DNA of 32,000 bases from positions 60,358 through 92,357 of the forward strand of contig PXRK01000040.1 of NCBI GenBank assembly GCA_003021015.1, given 5' to 3'. The notes below the pieces were generated by a model that ran no database searches, had not been told where the DNA came from, and saw nothing but the letters and a program-made list of their open reading frames with translations. Shown one piece after another: positions 16,142 through 23,619 of this stretch (the first letter of the stretch is position 1; the number at the start of each line of letters is the position of its first letter). The position numbers were made by a program, and so were the translations under genes. This stretch comes from Halobacteriales archaeon QS_4_66_20 (GTDB taxonomy: Archaea > Halobacteriota > Halobacteria > Halobacteriales > Haloarculaceae).

Positions 16142-17224
16142 ATGATCGAGGGGAACGACTGTCGGGACGCCGTCTCGATCGATCGCTACCCGGGGCCAGT
16201 GTGCAGCTACACCTGCCGGAACGGGGAACCGGTGATCGAGCGGGCAAACGAGGCCTTCGAGGGGGCGTTCGGGGCGGTCGCGGCGGGCGACGCGCTCGCG
16301 CCCGTGTTCGAGGAGTACGGGATCGAACCGATCGACGGCCCGGCGCCGCTGTCAGCGATGATGAACGAGGATCGCACCCAGCAGGTCCGCGTCGAATCGC
16401 CACCGGAGACGGGGGCGGGGGCGAACAGGTACCTGGCGCAGGTGATCGCACCGGACGGCGAGCGACCGGGGCACCTGCTGTTGACTGACGCCAGCGCCGG
16501 CGACGGCGACTTCGGCGTCGACAGGGTCGCGAGCGTGATCAGTCACGACCTCCGCAACCCGCTCGACGTCGCCAAGGCGCGACTCAGGGCCGGACGGGAG
16601 CTGGACTCCGGGGAGGATCACCTCGAACACGTCGAACAGGCCCACGACCGCATGGAGCGGATTATCCAGGACGTGCTGACGCTCGCGCGCGGCGAGGAAG
16701 TGATCGAACCGGAGGGGACGGTCGACCTCGGGGCAGTCGCCGAGGACGCCTGGGAGACCGTCGAGACGAACGGCGCGTCGCTGTCGGTCACCGATTCGTT
16801 GCCGTCGACAGTCGCGGACCGCGACCGGGTCAAGCGGCTGTTCGAGAACCTGTTTCGCAACGCCGTGGAACACGGTTCCACGAGCCGGCAGCCTCCAGCT
16901 GACGACGCCGTCGAGCACAGCTCCACGGGCAGTGGGCCCTCTGCCGACAACGACGACGAACACGGCGGCGACGAAATCACGATCACGGTCGGCCGCATCG
17001 AAGACGGGACGACGGGGTTCTACGTCGCGGACGACGGACGGGGCATCCCGGCGGACCGCCGGGAGGCCGTCTTCAGGCCGGGGTACAGTTCCGACGAGCA
17101 CGGCACGGGGCTCGGTCTCGCTATCGTCCGGCGGATCGCGGACGTCCACGGGTGGTCGGTCTCGGTGACGGACGCCGCGGGCGGCGGCGCACGGTTCGAG
17201 TTCGTCGGCGTCGAACCTGCCTGA
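16142..17224 (+). CDS. Sensor histidine kinase (PAS-like N-terminus, HisKA, HATPase_c)
   Basis: The boxes are H box SVISHDLRNPL, N box FENLFRNAVEHG, G1 VADDGRGIP and G2 GTGLGLAIV. The stop TGA overlaps the family-A terminus. Confidence 0.9.
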   Translation: MIEGNDCRDAVSIDRYPGPVCSYTCRNGEPVIERANEAFEGAFGAVAAGDALAPVFEEYGIEPIDGPAPLSAMMNEDRTQQVRVESPPETGAGANRYLAQVIAPDGERPGHLLLTDASAGDGDFGVDRVASVISHDLRNPLDVAKARLRAGRELDSGEDHLEHVEQAHDRMERIIQDVLTLARGEEVIEPEGTVDLGAVAEDAWETVETNGASLSVTDSLPSTVADRDRVKRLFENLFRNAVEHGSTSRQPPADDAVEHSSTGSGPSADNDDEHGGDEITITVGRIEDGTTGFYVADDGRGIPADRREAVFRPGYSSDEHGTGLGLAIVRRIADVHGWSVSVTDAAGGGARFEFVGVEPA

Positions 17225-17334
17225 TAGTGATTGTTGCGACTCTTTCCCGCCGGGGAGTCACAATTCGTGGGCTTCAGCCCGCGAACCAACCGTTCACGCG
17301 TCGTGGTGCCGAAAATAATCGCAACAATCACTAT
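17224..17334. mobile_element. Family-A element, 111 bp, variant interior (reverse orientation)
   Basis: The outer ~33 and ~31 nt match family A, with the TIR atagtgattgttgCga in both arms. The central ~47 nt is unrelated to the other copies. Confidence 0.7.
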
Positions 17335-17397
17335 GAGAGCGAGGGTGAAGGAGAGTCAGACAGATGCTTACGTCCCACACTCGAATCGGGAGCAAAG

Positions 17398-18888
17398 ATG
17401 GACGAGCGAGCTGAGCGAGCGCCCATCGGGATTCTCGAAGCGGCGCCCGACGGGACGGTAACTGCGGTGAACGAAACGGCGGGGGCGTTGCTCGACACCG
17501 ACCACAGCGCGACGGGACAGAGCATCGAAGCGCTGTTCCCGGAGTCGGTCGACAACACGGTGCCGGGGGCGTTCGATGGGGCGGTCTCCGAACAGCTGCG
17601 GGTCGAGGAGTACTACCCCGCGCTGGAGTCGTGGTTCGAGGTGACGATCGTCCCCGGCGGGGAGACGGTGACGGTGTACCTCGAGGACATCACCGGGTAC
17701 AAGCGCGACGAGCAGTCCCGGCAGGCGCTGGAGAGCGACCTGAACCGGCTGACGATCATCAACGAACTCATCTCGGACATCCTGGCGGAACTGGTGGGTG
17801 CCTCTTCGCGGGAGGAGATCGCCCGGACCATCTCGACCCGGCTGGGCGAGACCGACATCTACGAGTTCGCCTGGATTGGCGAGCGCGAACTCGGCGGCGA
17901 GGACATCGTCGTGCGGGCCGCTGCGGGCTCGACCGGCCGCACGCTCGACCAGATCGAGGAGAGCCTCGACGGCAGGAAGACCCCGCCCGAACAGCGGGTC
18001 GTCGAAACGGGCGAGCCGACGATCATCGCCGACGGCCTGCAGTCGCTTCTGGCGATCCCGCTGACCTACGGGTCGAGCGTCCACGGCGTCGTCGGGATCT
18101 ACGCCGCCGACAGGGACGCCTTCTCCGAGCGCGAGCGCGCGAGCTTCGAGACGCTCGGGGAGATGGCCGGGTTCGCGGTCAACGCCGCCCGCAACCGGAA
18201 CCTCCTGCTGTCGGACTCGATCGTCGAGCTGACGATCGAACTGCGCGACACCGAGGCGCCGCTGTGCGACGCCGCCACTGGCCGGGAGGCGACGCTGAAC
18301 GTCGACGGCGTCGTCCCGCAGGGCGACGACCCGCTACTGTGTTACCTGGTGGTAGAGGACGGCTCTCCCAACGCAGTCGCCGACGCCCTCGACGACCACG
18401 ACAGGGTGGTGTCGACGCGCGTGATCGGCGACCACGGCGAGACCGGCTCGATCGAGGTCGGGCTGAACGAGGAGACGCCGCTGGGCCACCTCGCCTCCCA
18501 CGGCGTGACGATCGCCGACGCGGAGTTCGCGTCGGGGCGTGGCCGGGTCGTCACCGAACTCTCGCCGGAGGAGGACGTCCGCCGGATTGCGACCGCGCTC
18601 ACGCGGCGGTACGACGCCGAGGTGGTGGCGAAACGCGAACGCGACAGGTCGATCAGGACCGCGCAGGCGTTCCGCGACGACCTCAGCGAGCGGCTGACCG
18701 GGCGCCAGGAGAGCGCGCTGCGGACCGCGTTCTTCGCGAACTACTTCGAGTCGCCGCGGGGCAGCACCGCAGCAGAGGTCGGCGAGGCGCTGGACATCAC
18801 CGGCCCGACGCTGCTGCATCACCTCCGTGCGGGCCAGCGCAAGCTCCTTTCGGAGTTTTTCGAAACCGGCGGCGATCGGCGCCCCTAG
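17398..18888 (+). CDS. Bat-like transcriptional regulator (PAS, GAF, HTH_10)
   Basis: It has an N-terminal PAS (GILEAAPDGTVTAVNETAGALL), a GAF-like centre, and a C-terminal LTGRQESALRTAFFANYFESPRGSTAAEVGEALDITGPTLLHHLRAGQRKL. Start at MDERAER; upstream track sequence crosses the MITE. Confidence 0.85.
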   Translation: MDERAERAPIGILEAAPDGTVTAVNETAGALLDTDHSATGQSIEALFPESVDNTVPGAFDGAVSEQLRVEEYYPALESWFEVTIVPGGETVTVYLEDITGYKRDEQSRQALESDLNRLTIINELISDILAELVGASSREEIARTISTRLGETDIYEFAWIGERELGGEDIVVRAAAGSTGRTLDQIEESLDGRKTPPEQRVVETGEPTIIADGLQSLLAIPLTYGSSVHGVVGIYAADRDAFSERERASFETLGEMAGFAVNAARNRNLLLSDSIVELTIELRDTEAPLCDAATGREATLNVDGVVPQGDDPLLCYLVVEDGSPNAVADALDDHDRVVSTRVIGDHGETGSIEVGLNEETPLGHLASHGVTIADAEFASGRGRVVTELSPEEDVRRIATALTRRYDAEVVAKRERDRSIRTAQAFRDDLSERLTGRQESALRTAFFANYFESPRGSTAAEVGEALDITGPTLLHHLRAGQRKLLSEFFETGGDRRP

Positions 18889-19466
18889 CGCCCTTCCCGC
18901 TGGACGCCGCTGAACTGTTCGAACAGTGTCGACGGCTCCTCCAGCAGGCGCCCGATCCGCCCGGCCAACTCCGCCGAGCGTTTCTGGAGCCGCTGGTACT
19001 CCTCGCTGTCCTCGCGCTCGCTGGCGGGCAGTTCCGCCTCGATGACACTCCGCTTGGATTCGAGGCTGAAGTACTCCCCGAGCAGTTCGTACCCGAGGAC
19101 CCGACACTGCTGGGTGACTGCAGCGCGGAGATGCTCCCGTTCCAGCGGTTTGCAGAGGTAGTCGTCGAACGGCATGTCGAGCACGTCGAACCCGGGATCG
19201 ATTGCGGTGACCATGATGACGCGCCCCTCGAAGCTGCGGTCCGTCAGCTCCTCGAGCACCTCATCACCCGACAGCCCCGGCATGTGTCTGTCGAGCAACA
19301 CAACGTCGATACTGGACTCCTCGACGGTCTCGAGTGCGCTCTCGCCGTCGTAGACGGTTTCGATTTCGCAGAGTCCCCGGAGCCGGAGCGCGTACGCGTC
19401 GGCGACCTCCCGCTCGTCGTCGACGAGAAGCGCCCGTGGGAGTTCCGCTTCGCTCGCGTCAGCCAT
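18885..19466 (-). CDS. Response regulator with C-terminal HalX domain
   Basis: The receiver domain shows LLVDDE, VVLLDRHMPGLSG and CKP. The helical C-terminal part is typical of HalX. Start at MADASEAE. Confidence 0.85.
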   Translation of the reverse strand: MADASEAELPRALLVDDEREVADAYALRLRGLCEIETVYDGESALETVEESSIDVVLLDRHMPGLSGDEVLEELTDRSFEGRVIMVTAIDPGFDVLDMPFDDYLCKPLEREHLRAAVTQQCRVLGYELLGEYFSLESKRSVIEAELPASEREDSEEYQRLQKRSAELAGRIGRLLEEPSTLFEQFSGVQREGR

Positions 19467-19513
19467 ACTGTACTCTACGCCGGTCTTGCGGTGGAGGTGT
19501 CTTAACACCTCCT

Positions 19514-19699
19514 ATACACCCGGACGTGACTCTGTTAGATGTCAGGACACGATATCCACGAGTATCGACCCTGACAGTCCCGAGTTGTGTCGAGATGACT
19601 GAGGTGAATCACGTCTCTCCTCGCGGGGGTCGGTTGCGAACCGCTCGGCAGCCCGAGTTGTGTCGAGATGACTGAGGTGAATCACGTCCGGGTGTCTAT
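19514..19699. mobile_element. Family-B MITE-like element (186 bp) with duplicated right arm
   Basis: The left end is atacacccggacgtgactctgtt. The reverse complement of the right end is atagacacccggacgtgattc. An internal 37-bp perfect direct repeat lies at 19579-19615 and 19652-19688. Confidence 0.65.
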
Positions 19700-19743
19700 C
19701 GTGGTTCATCGCCCCGGGCTCCGGCGGGACAGGCTTGAAGGTC

Positions 19744-19805
19744 GGTCGGCAACAGTTAAACATCGGCCCTGCTTTCTGGGAGGTGTGAGCCGGATTCTCA
19801 TCGGG
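19744..19805 (+). repeat. 62-bp direct repeat, copy 1 (duplicate of the PiT promoter and first 7 codons)
   Basis: It matches 20798-20859 at 60 of 62 positions. It contains TTAAAC (19756-19761) and GTG (19785), the latter opening only a 20-codon ORF. Confidence 0.85.
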
Positions 19806-19828
19806 TTGACCAGCGCCTCGACGTCGGC

Positions 19829-19912
19829 CACCTCGAAGGCGGCGTGATACAGCCCGACGCCCTCGCCGGGCACCTCGAAGGCGGCGTGGTACAGCCCGAC
19901 GCCCTCGCCGGG
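19829..19912. repeat. 42-bp tandem duplication (2 units, 1 mismatch)
   Basis: The units are cacctcgaaggcggcgtgatacagcccgacgccctcgccggg (19829-19870) and 19871-19912, differing only a/g at 19847/19889. They encode PGEGVGLYHAAFEV twice. Confidence 0.9.
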
Positions 19913-20159
19913 GCCCGGCGCTCCCCGCCCGACCTCCTGGAGGGCGACGTCGTGGTGGCGCTCGCCGGAGGAGAGGAACGCGAAGCAGTTGTGCCGCTCC
20001 TCGACGTTGAGGCTCAGCACCTCCGCGTAAAATTCGACGGCGCGCTCGACGTCGCGTACTTTCAGGTGGACATGTCCGACCATCTACGGCCGGCCGGCTG
20101 CGTCGGGTTGCTCTGCCATGCTCACACTGTGGTGCGAGACGGACAAAAAATCGGCGGGG

Positions 20160-20714
20160 TCACTCCCCGTCGTACCGGTCGGCGGCGGACTCGAAGCCCA
20201 GCTCCTCTTGCTGGCGGCCCCGGCGGCGCTCGCGCTCGGCGATCGCCTCCGGATCGGGGTTGACGTCGTCGTCGATCCGCGCCCACGAGCCGTGGACCTT
20301 CGCGTGACACCACCGGCAGAGGTAGATCGTGATCTCGTGGGCGGCCTGGCCGGTGCCCGCCTCCGATTCCTCGGCGTACGAGAGGTGGTGCTCCTCCAGC
20401 AGCGGCCGGCCGTCGTCGTGGGCCATCCGCTCCTCCGTGAGCCCACACCGGACGCACTCGCGGTCGTGCTGCCGACACCGGAACTGCGGGCAGTCCTGCC
20501 ACTCCCAGGGCCCGGTCGGCCCCTCCTCGGTCGGGTCGCCCGCGACGGGACACTGGTACTCCCCCTCGCGCAGGCGGGTCGCAAACTCCGGGTCGCGGTC
20601 GCCCTGCTCGACCGCGAACCGGCACTTGCCCTCGCTGGTGAGGTGATCGCAGCGGTCGACGTGGGCGTACGGGTCGTCGACCCCGACCGGGGTGCCCGCG
20701 TCCGTCTTCTCCAT
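20160..20714 (-). CDS. Cys-rich protein with C-terminal HNH nuclease motif (184 aa)
   Basis: The HNH motif is CVRCG...LLEEHHLSY...LCRWCHAKVH. The N-terminal half has five further Cys (RCDHLTSEGKC, YQC, QDC, FRC). ATG at 20714; the track start at 20744 is a TTG. Confidence 0.7.
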   Translation of the reverse strand: MEKTDAGTPVGVDDPYAHVDRCDHLTSEGKCRFAVEQGDRDPEFATRLREGEYQCPVAGDPTEEGPTGPWEWQDCPQFRCRQHDRECVRCGLTEERMAHDDGRPLLEEHHLSYAEESEAGTGQAAHEITIYLCRWCHAKVHGSWARIDDDVNPDPEAIAERERRRGRQQEELGFESAADRYDGE

Positions 20715-20797
20715 GTGTTCGGGGTGGTGGCCGGGCGACTTCAACGTTCAGTTCGGCGAGAACTGGTTAGAGGTGGAGGCGTTGGTGCTGCTGGGAC

Positions 20798-20859
20798 GGT
20801 CGGCAACAGTTAAACATCGGCCACGCTTTCTGGGAGGTGTGAGCCAGATTCTCATCGGG
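20798..20859 (+). repeat. 62-bp direct repeat, copy 2 (functional PiT promoter and start)
   Basis: TTAAAC at 20810-20815 is centred about 27 nt upstream of the GTG start at 20839. Confidence 0.85.
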
Positions 20860-22014
20860 CTGGGAGTTCTCGTGGTCGTCTTCGTCGGCTACAACATCGG
20901 CGGGTCGACGACCGGCCCGGCGTTCGGGCCAGCCGTCGGTTCGGCCGTCATCTCGAAGGTGGCGGCCGCGGCGCTGATGGCGGTGTTTTTCTTCGTCGGT
21001 GCGATCACGCTCGGCCGCAGGGTCGTCGAGACGCTCGGCTCGGATCTCGTCACGTCGACCGCCATCTTCACGCTCGAAGCCAACGTCGTCGTGCTCTTTT
21101 TCATCGGCGGCGCGCTGTTCATCGGCAACTACGCCGGCGTCCCGGCGTCGACGTCGATGACGGCCGTCGGTGCGATCGCCGGGCTCGCGCTGTCCGCCGA
21201 CGCGCTCAACTGGACGGAGATGAGCCAGATCATGGCCTGGTGGATCGTCGCCCCGGTGATCGCCTTCTGGGTGTCCGGCGTCATCGGCCGGTACTTCTAC
21301 CCGCGACTCAACCGCCGCGTCGCGCTCGTCCAGAGCGAGGGGCCGTTGATCGAACTCGACCGCTCGGCTGCGGTGCCGCGGCCGGTCCCGGGCCCGAACA
21401 CGACGCGCCGGGAGTTCGCCGGCACCGTGATCGTGGTCGCGATCGGCTGTCTCATGGCGTTCTCCTCAGGCACCTCCAACATCGCCAACGCGATCGCACC
21501 GCTGGTCGGGAGCGACACCATCGGGATGAACGAGGGGATTGTCCTCGGGTCGGCCGCGGTCGCCATCGGCGCGTTCACGATCGGCCGCAAGACGCTCGAC
21601 ACACTCGGGAACGACCTGACTGCACTGCCGCTGACGGCGTCGATCGTCGTTGCGACCGTCAGCGCGACGATCGTGACGCTCCTCTCGTCGATCGGCATCC
21701 CCGCGAGTTTCGTCATCGTCGCCACGATGAGCATCATCGGCCTGGGCTGGGGGCGCGCGACGCGGACGACGACGGTCGAATCGATGCGCGACGGCGAACC
21801 GACCGCGGTCTCGCCGGCCTCCCTCGCCGCCGACGAGGGCGGCGAGGAACTGCCCGATATCGGCGAGGAGAACCCCGAGGAGCTCCCCTCCGCGGGCGAA
21901 CTGTTCAACCCTTCCACCACCGTTCGGGTCGTGCTGATGCAGAACGTCGTCCCCGTGATCGCCACCGTCGCGGCCTATCTGACGTTCACCTTCGTGCCGG
22001 TGTTCGGCCTGTGA
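20839..22014 (+). CDS. PiT-family inorganic phosphate transporter
   Basis: It is a multi-TM protein with the paired PiT signatures GYNIGGSTTGPAFGPAVGS and SGTSNIANAIAPLVGS. The GTG start gives VSQILIGLGVLVV. Confidence 0.85.
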   Translation: MSQILIGLGVLVVVFVGYNIGGSTTGPAFGPAVGSAVISKVAAAALMAVFFFVGAITLGRRVVETLGSDLVTSTAIFTLEANVVVLFFIGGALFIGNYAGVPASTSMTAVGAIAGLALSADALNWTEMSQIMAWWIVAPVIAFWVSGVIGRYFYPRLNRRVALVQSEGPLIELDRSAAVPRPVPGPNTTRREFAGTVIVVAIGCLMAFSSGTSNIANAIAPLVGSDTIGMNEGIVLGSAAVAIGAFTIGRKTLDTLGNDLTALPLTASIVVATVSATIVTLLSSIGIPASFVIVATMSIIGLGWGRATRTTTVESMRDGEPTAVSPASLAADEGGEELPDIGEENPEELPSAGELFNPSTTVRVVLMQNVVPVIATVAAYLTFTFVPVFGL

Positions 22015-22075
22015 GCGTCTTACGACGGGGACCCCGAGGCGATAGCCTATTGTCCTGGCGGCACCCACGGTACCC

Positions 22076-23512
22076 ATGGTCACGCTCGCCTTCGACGGTC
22101 GAACCGGTGCGAGTGGGGACATGCTGCTGGGTGCGCTGCTGGCCGCCGGCGCCGACCGGTCGGCGCTGGACGTCCTGGAGCGAGAGCTAGGTGTCCGGTA
22201 CGATGTCGCCGAGACGACCCGGTGTGGCATCACCGCGACGCGGGTCGAGGTGGTGCTGGCAGACGAATCCACCAGTCACGATCGTTCCCACGACCAGTCC
22301 GACGGGGGACATTCTCAGGATCGTTCCCACGACCAGTCTGACGGGGGTCATTCTCAGGATCATTCCCACGACCAGTCTGACGGGGGTCGTTCTCAGGATC
22401 ATTCCCACGATCACTCTGACGAAGTACATTCCCACGATCACTCTGACGAAGTACATTCCCACGAAGGAACCGAGGGACACGCTCACGAACACACACACGC
22501 TGAGGGACAGGGGCCGGAACGCAGCTATGGCGAAGTCGTCGACCTCGTGGAGTCGATGGGGCTGACAGGGACGGTGGAGGACACGGCCCTGGCTATCTTC
22601 GAATTACTGGGGGAGGCAGAGGCGAGCGTCCACGGAACGGACCTCGAATCGACGCAGTTCCACGAGGTCGGCGCCGACGACGCGATCGCGGACGTGGTGG
22701 GCGTCGCGCTGTTGCTCGCGGACCTCGACCCCGACAGGGTCGTTACCACGCCGCTCGCGGCCGGGGGCGGAGAGGTGTCGATGAGTCACGGCATCTACCC
22801 GGTCCCGACGCCTGCCGTGGTCGAACTCGCCGAACGCGCCGACTGGTCGCTGCGGGGCGGACCCGTCGAAACGGAGCTCCTGACGCCGACGGGCGCCGCG
22901 GTGCTCGCCCACGTCGCGGCGGGCGTCGAGCGGCTTCCGTCCCTCAATATCGAGCAGTCGGGGTACGGCGCCGGGGCAAAATCCTTCGACCGGCAGCCGA
23001 ACGTCCTCCGGGCGGTCGTCGGCGAAGAGGCGGAGCGACTCAGACAGGAGCCGATCACGGTGCTGGAGACGAACCTCGACGATGCCAGCCCGGAGATCGT
23101 CGGCAGCCTGCAGGAGACGCTCGTCGACGCTGGCGCGCTCGACGTCACCGTGGTGCCGACGACGATGAAGAAGTCACGGCCGGGCCATCTCCTGAAGGTG
23201 ATCGTTCCGCCGGCCGACGCGGCGCAGGTCGCGCGGGCGCTGGCGGCCGAGACGGGAACCCTCGGCGTGCGCGAACACGGCAGCGGGCACCGCTTCGTCG
23301 CCGACCGCTCCGTCGAATCCGTCACCGTCGACGTCGAGGGTCGCTCCTGCGAACTGGACGTCAAGATCGGACGGTTCGGCGGCGATCCGGGCGAGGTGTT
23401 CGACGTCAGCGCGGAGTACGACGACGCGCTCCGGGTCGCCGGCGAGACCGACCTCCCCGTCCGGGAGGTTTGTCGGCGTGCAGAAAACCGTGCTCGCTCT
23501 CGATTTCTCTGA
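22076..23512 (+). CDS. larC: LarC-family nickel insertion protein (DUF111) with expanded His/Asp-rich tract
   Basis: MVTLAFDGRTGASGDMLLGALL, FHEVGADDAIADVVG and LLTPTGAAVLA, plus a C-terminal domain GTLGVRE. The His-rich insert spans residues ~66-145. Confidence 0.85.
   Translation: MVTLAFDGRTGASGDMLLGALLAAGADRSALDVLERELGVRYDVAETTRCGITATRVEVVLADESTSHDRSHDQSDGGHSQDRSHDQSDGGHSQDHSHDQSDGGRSQDHSHDHSDEVHSHDHSDEVHSHEGTEGHAHEHTHAEGQGPERSYGEVVDLVESMGLTGTVEDTALAIFELLGEAEASVHGTDLESTQFHEVGADDAIADVVGVALLLADLDPDRVVTTPLAAGGGEVSMSHGIYPVPTPAVVELAERADWSLRGGPVETELLTPTGAAVLAHVAAGVERLPSLNIEQSGYGAGAKSFDRQPNVLRAVVGEEAERLRQEPITVLETNLDDASPEIVGSLQETLVDAGALDVTVVPTTMKKSRPGHLLKVIVPPADAAQVARALAAETGTLGVREHGSGHRFVADRSVESVTVDVEGRSCELDVKIGRFGGDPGEVFDVSAEYDDALRVAGETDLPVREVCRRAENRARSRFL
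22280..22462 (+). repeat. Coding tandem repeats: 3 x 39 bp followed by 2 x 27 bp
   Basis: The 39-bp units are at 22280-22318, 22319-22357 and 22358-22396 (gatcRttcccacgaccagtcYgacggggg...). The 27-bp units are at 22409-22435 and 22436-22462 (gatcactctgacgaagtacattcccac, identical). Confidence 0.9.
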
Positions 23513-23619
23513 AATTGAGTGGCTATTTCACTTTGGTTCCGAAACTCTGGATAGGCTCAGACTTTGGATTGAGAGTGAAAAACCGGATAAAGCACAGGCT
23601 CTTACAGTAAAGCAAGAGC

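Larger units (their letters stand above)
19706..20083 (-). pseudogene. VOC/glyoxalase-family gene, 3'-truncated, with an internal 14-aa duplication
   Basis: MVGHVHLKVRDVERAVEFYAEVL...HHDVALQ...GLYHAAFEV is the first half of a VOC fold. After ADVEALV the frame reads through the 62-bp repeat into non-homologous Arg/Pro-rich sequence. Confidence 0.65.

Noticed and set aside
16071-16145. A 24-codon ORF (MSAPAHDRTGDDSVVRATVRRASI) ending in an ATGA overlap with the histidine-kinase start, which might be a frameshifted N-terminus
   Set aside because: It has no recognisable domain continuity with the kinase. The kinase's PAS-like region begins plausibly at 16142. The ORF is too short to support as a gene or to call a frameshift.
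17631-19505. A 624-aa plus-strand ORF overlapping the Bat-like and HalX genes
   Set aside because: It is out of frame with or antisense to two genes that have clear domain signatures. It has extreme Arg/Pro/Gly content. It is a shadow ORF.
19579-19688. A possible two-repeat CRISPR array (37-bp repeat, 36-bp spacer, 37-bp repeat)
   Set aside because: There are only two repeats. The second repeat is continuous with the family-B right TIR, and the unit lies wholly inside a TIR-bounded element. There is no leader and no cas genes in the window. The repeat does not resemble the haloarchaeal type I-B repeats I remember (GTTTCAGACG...GAAGC). It is better explained as a tandem duplication of the element arm.
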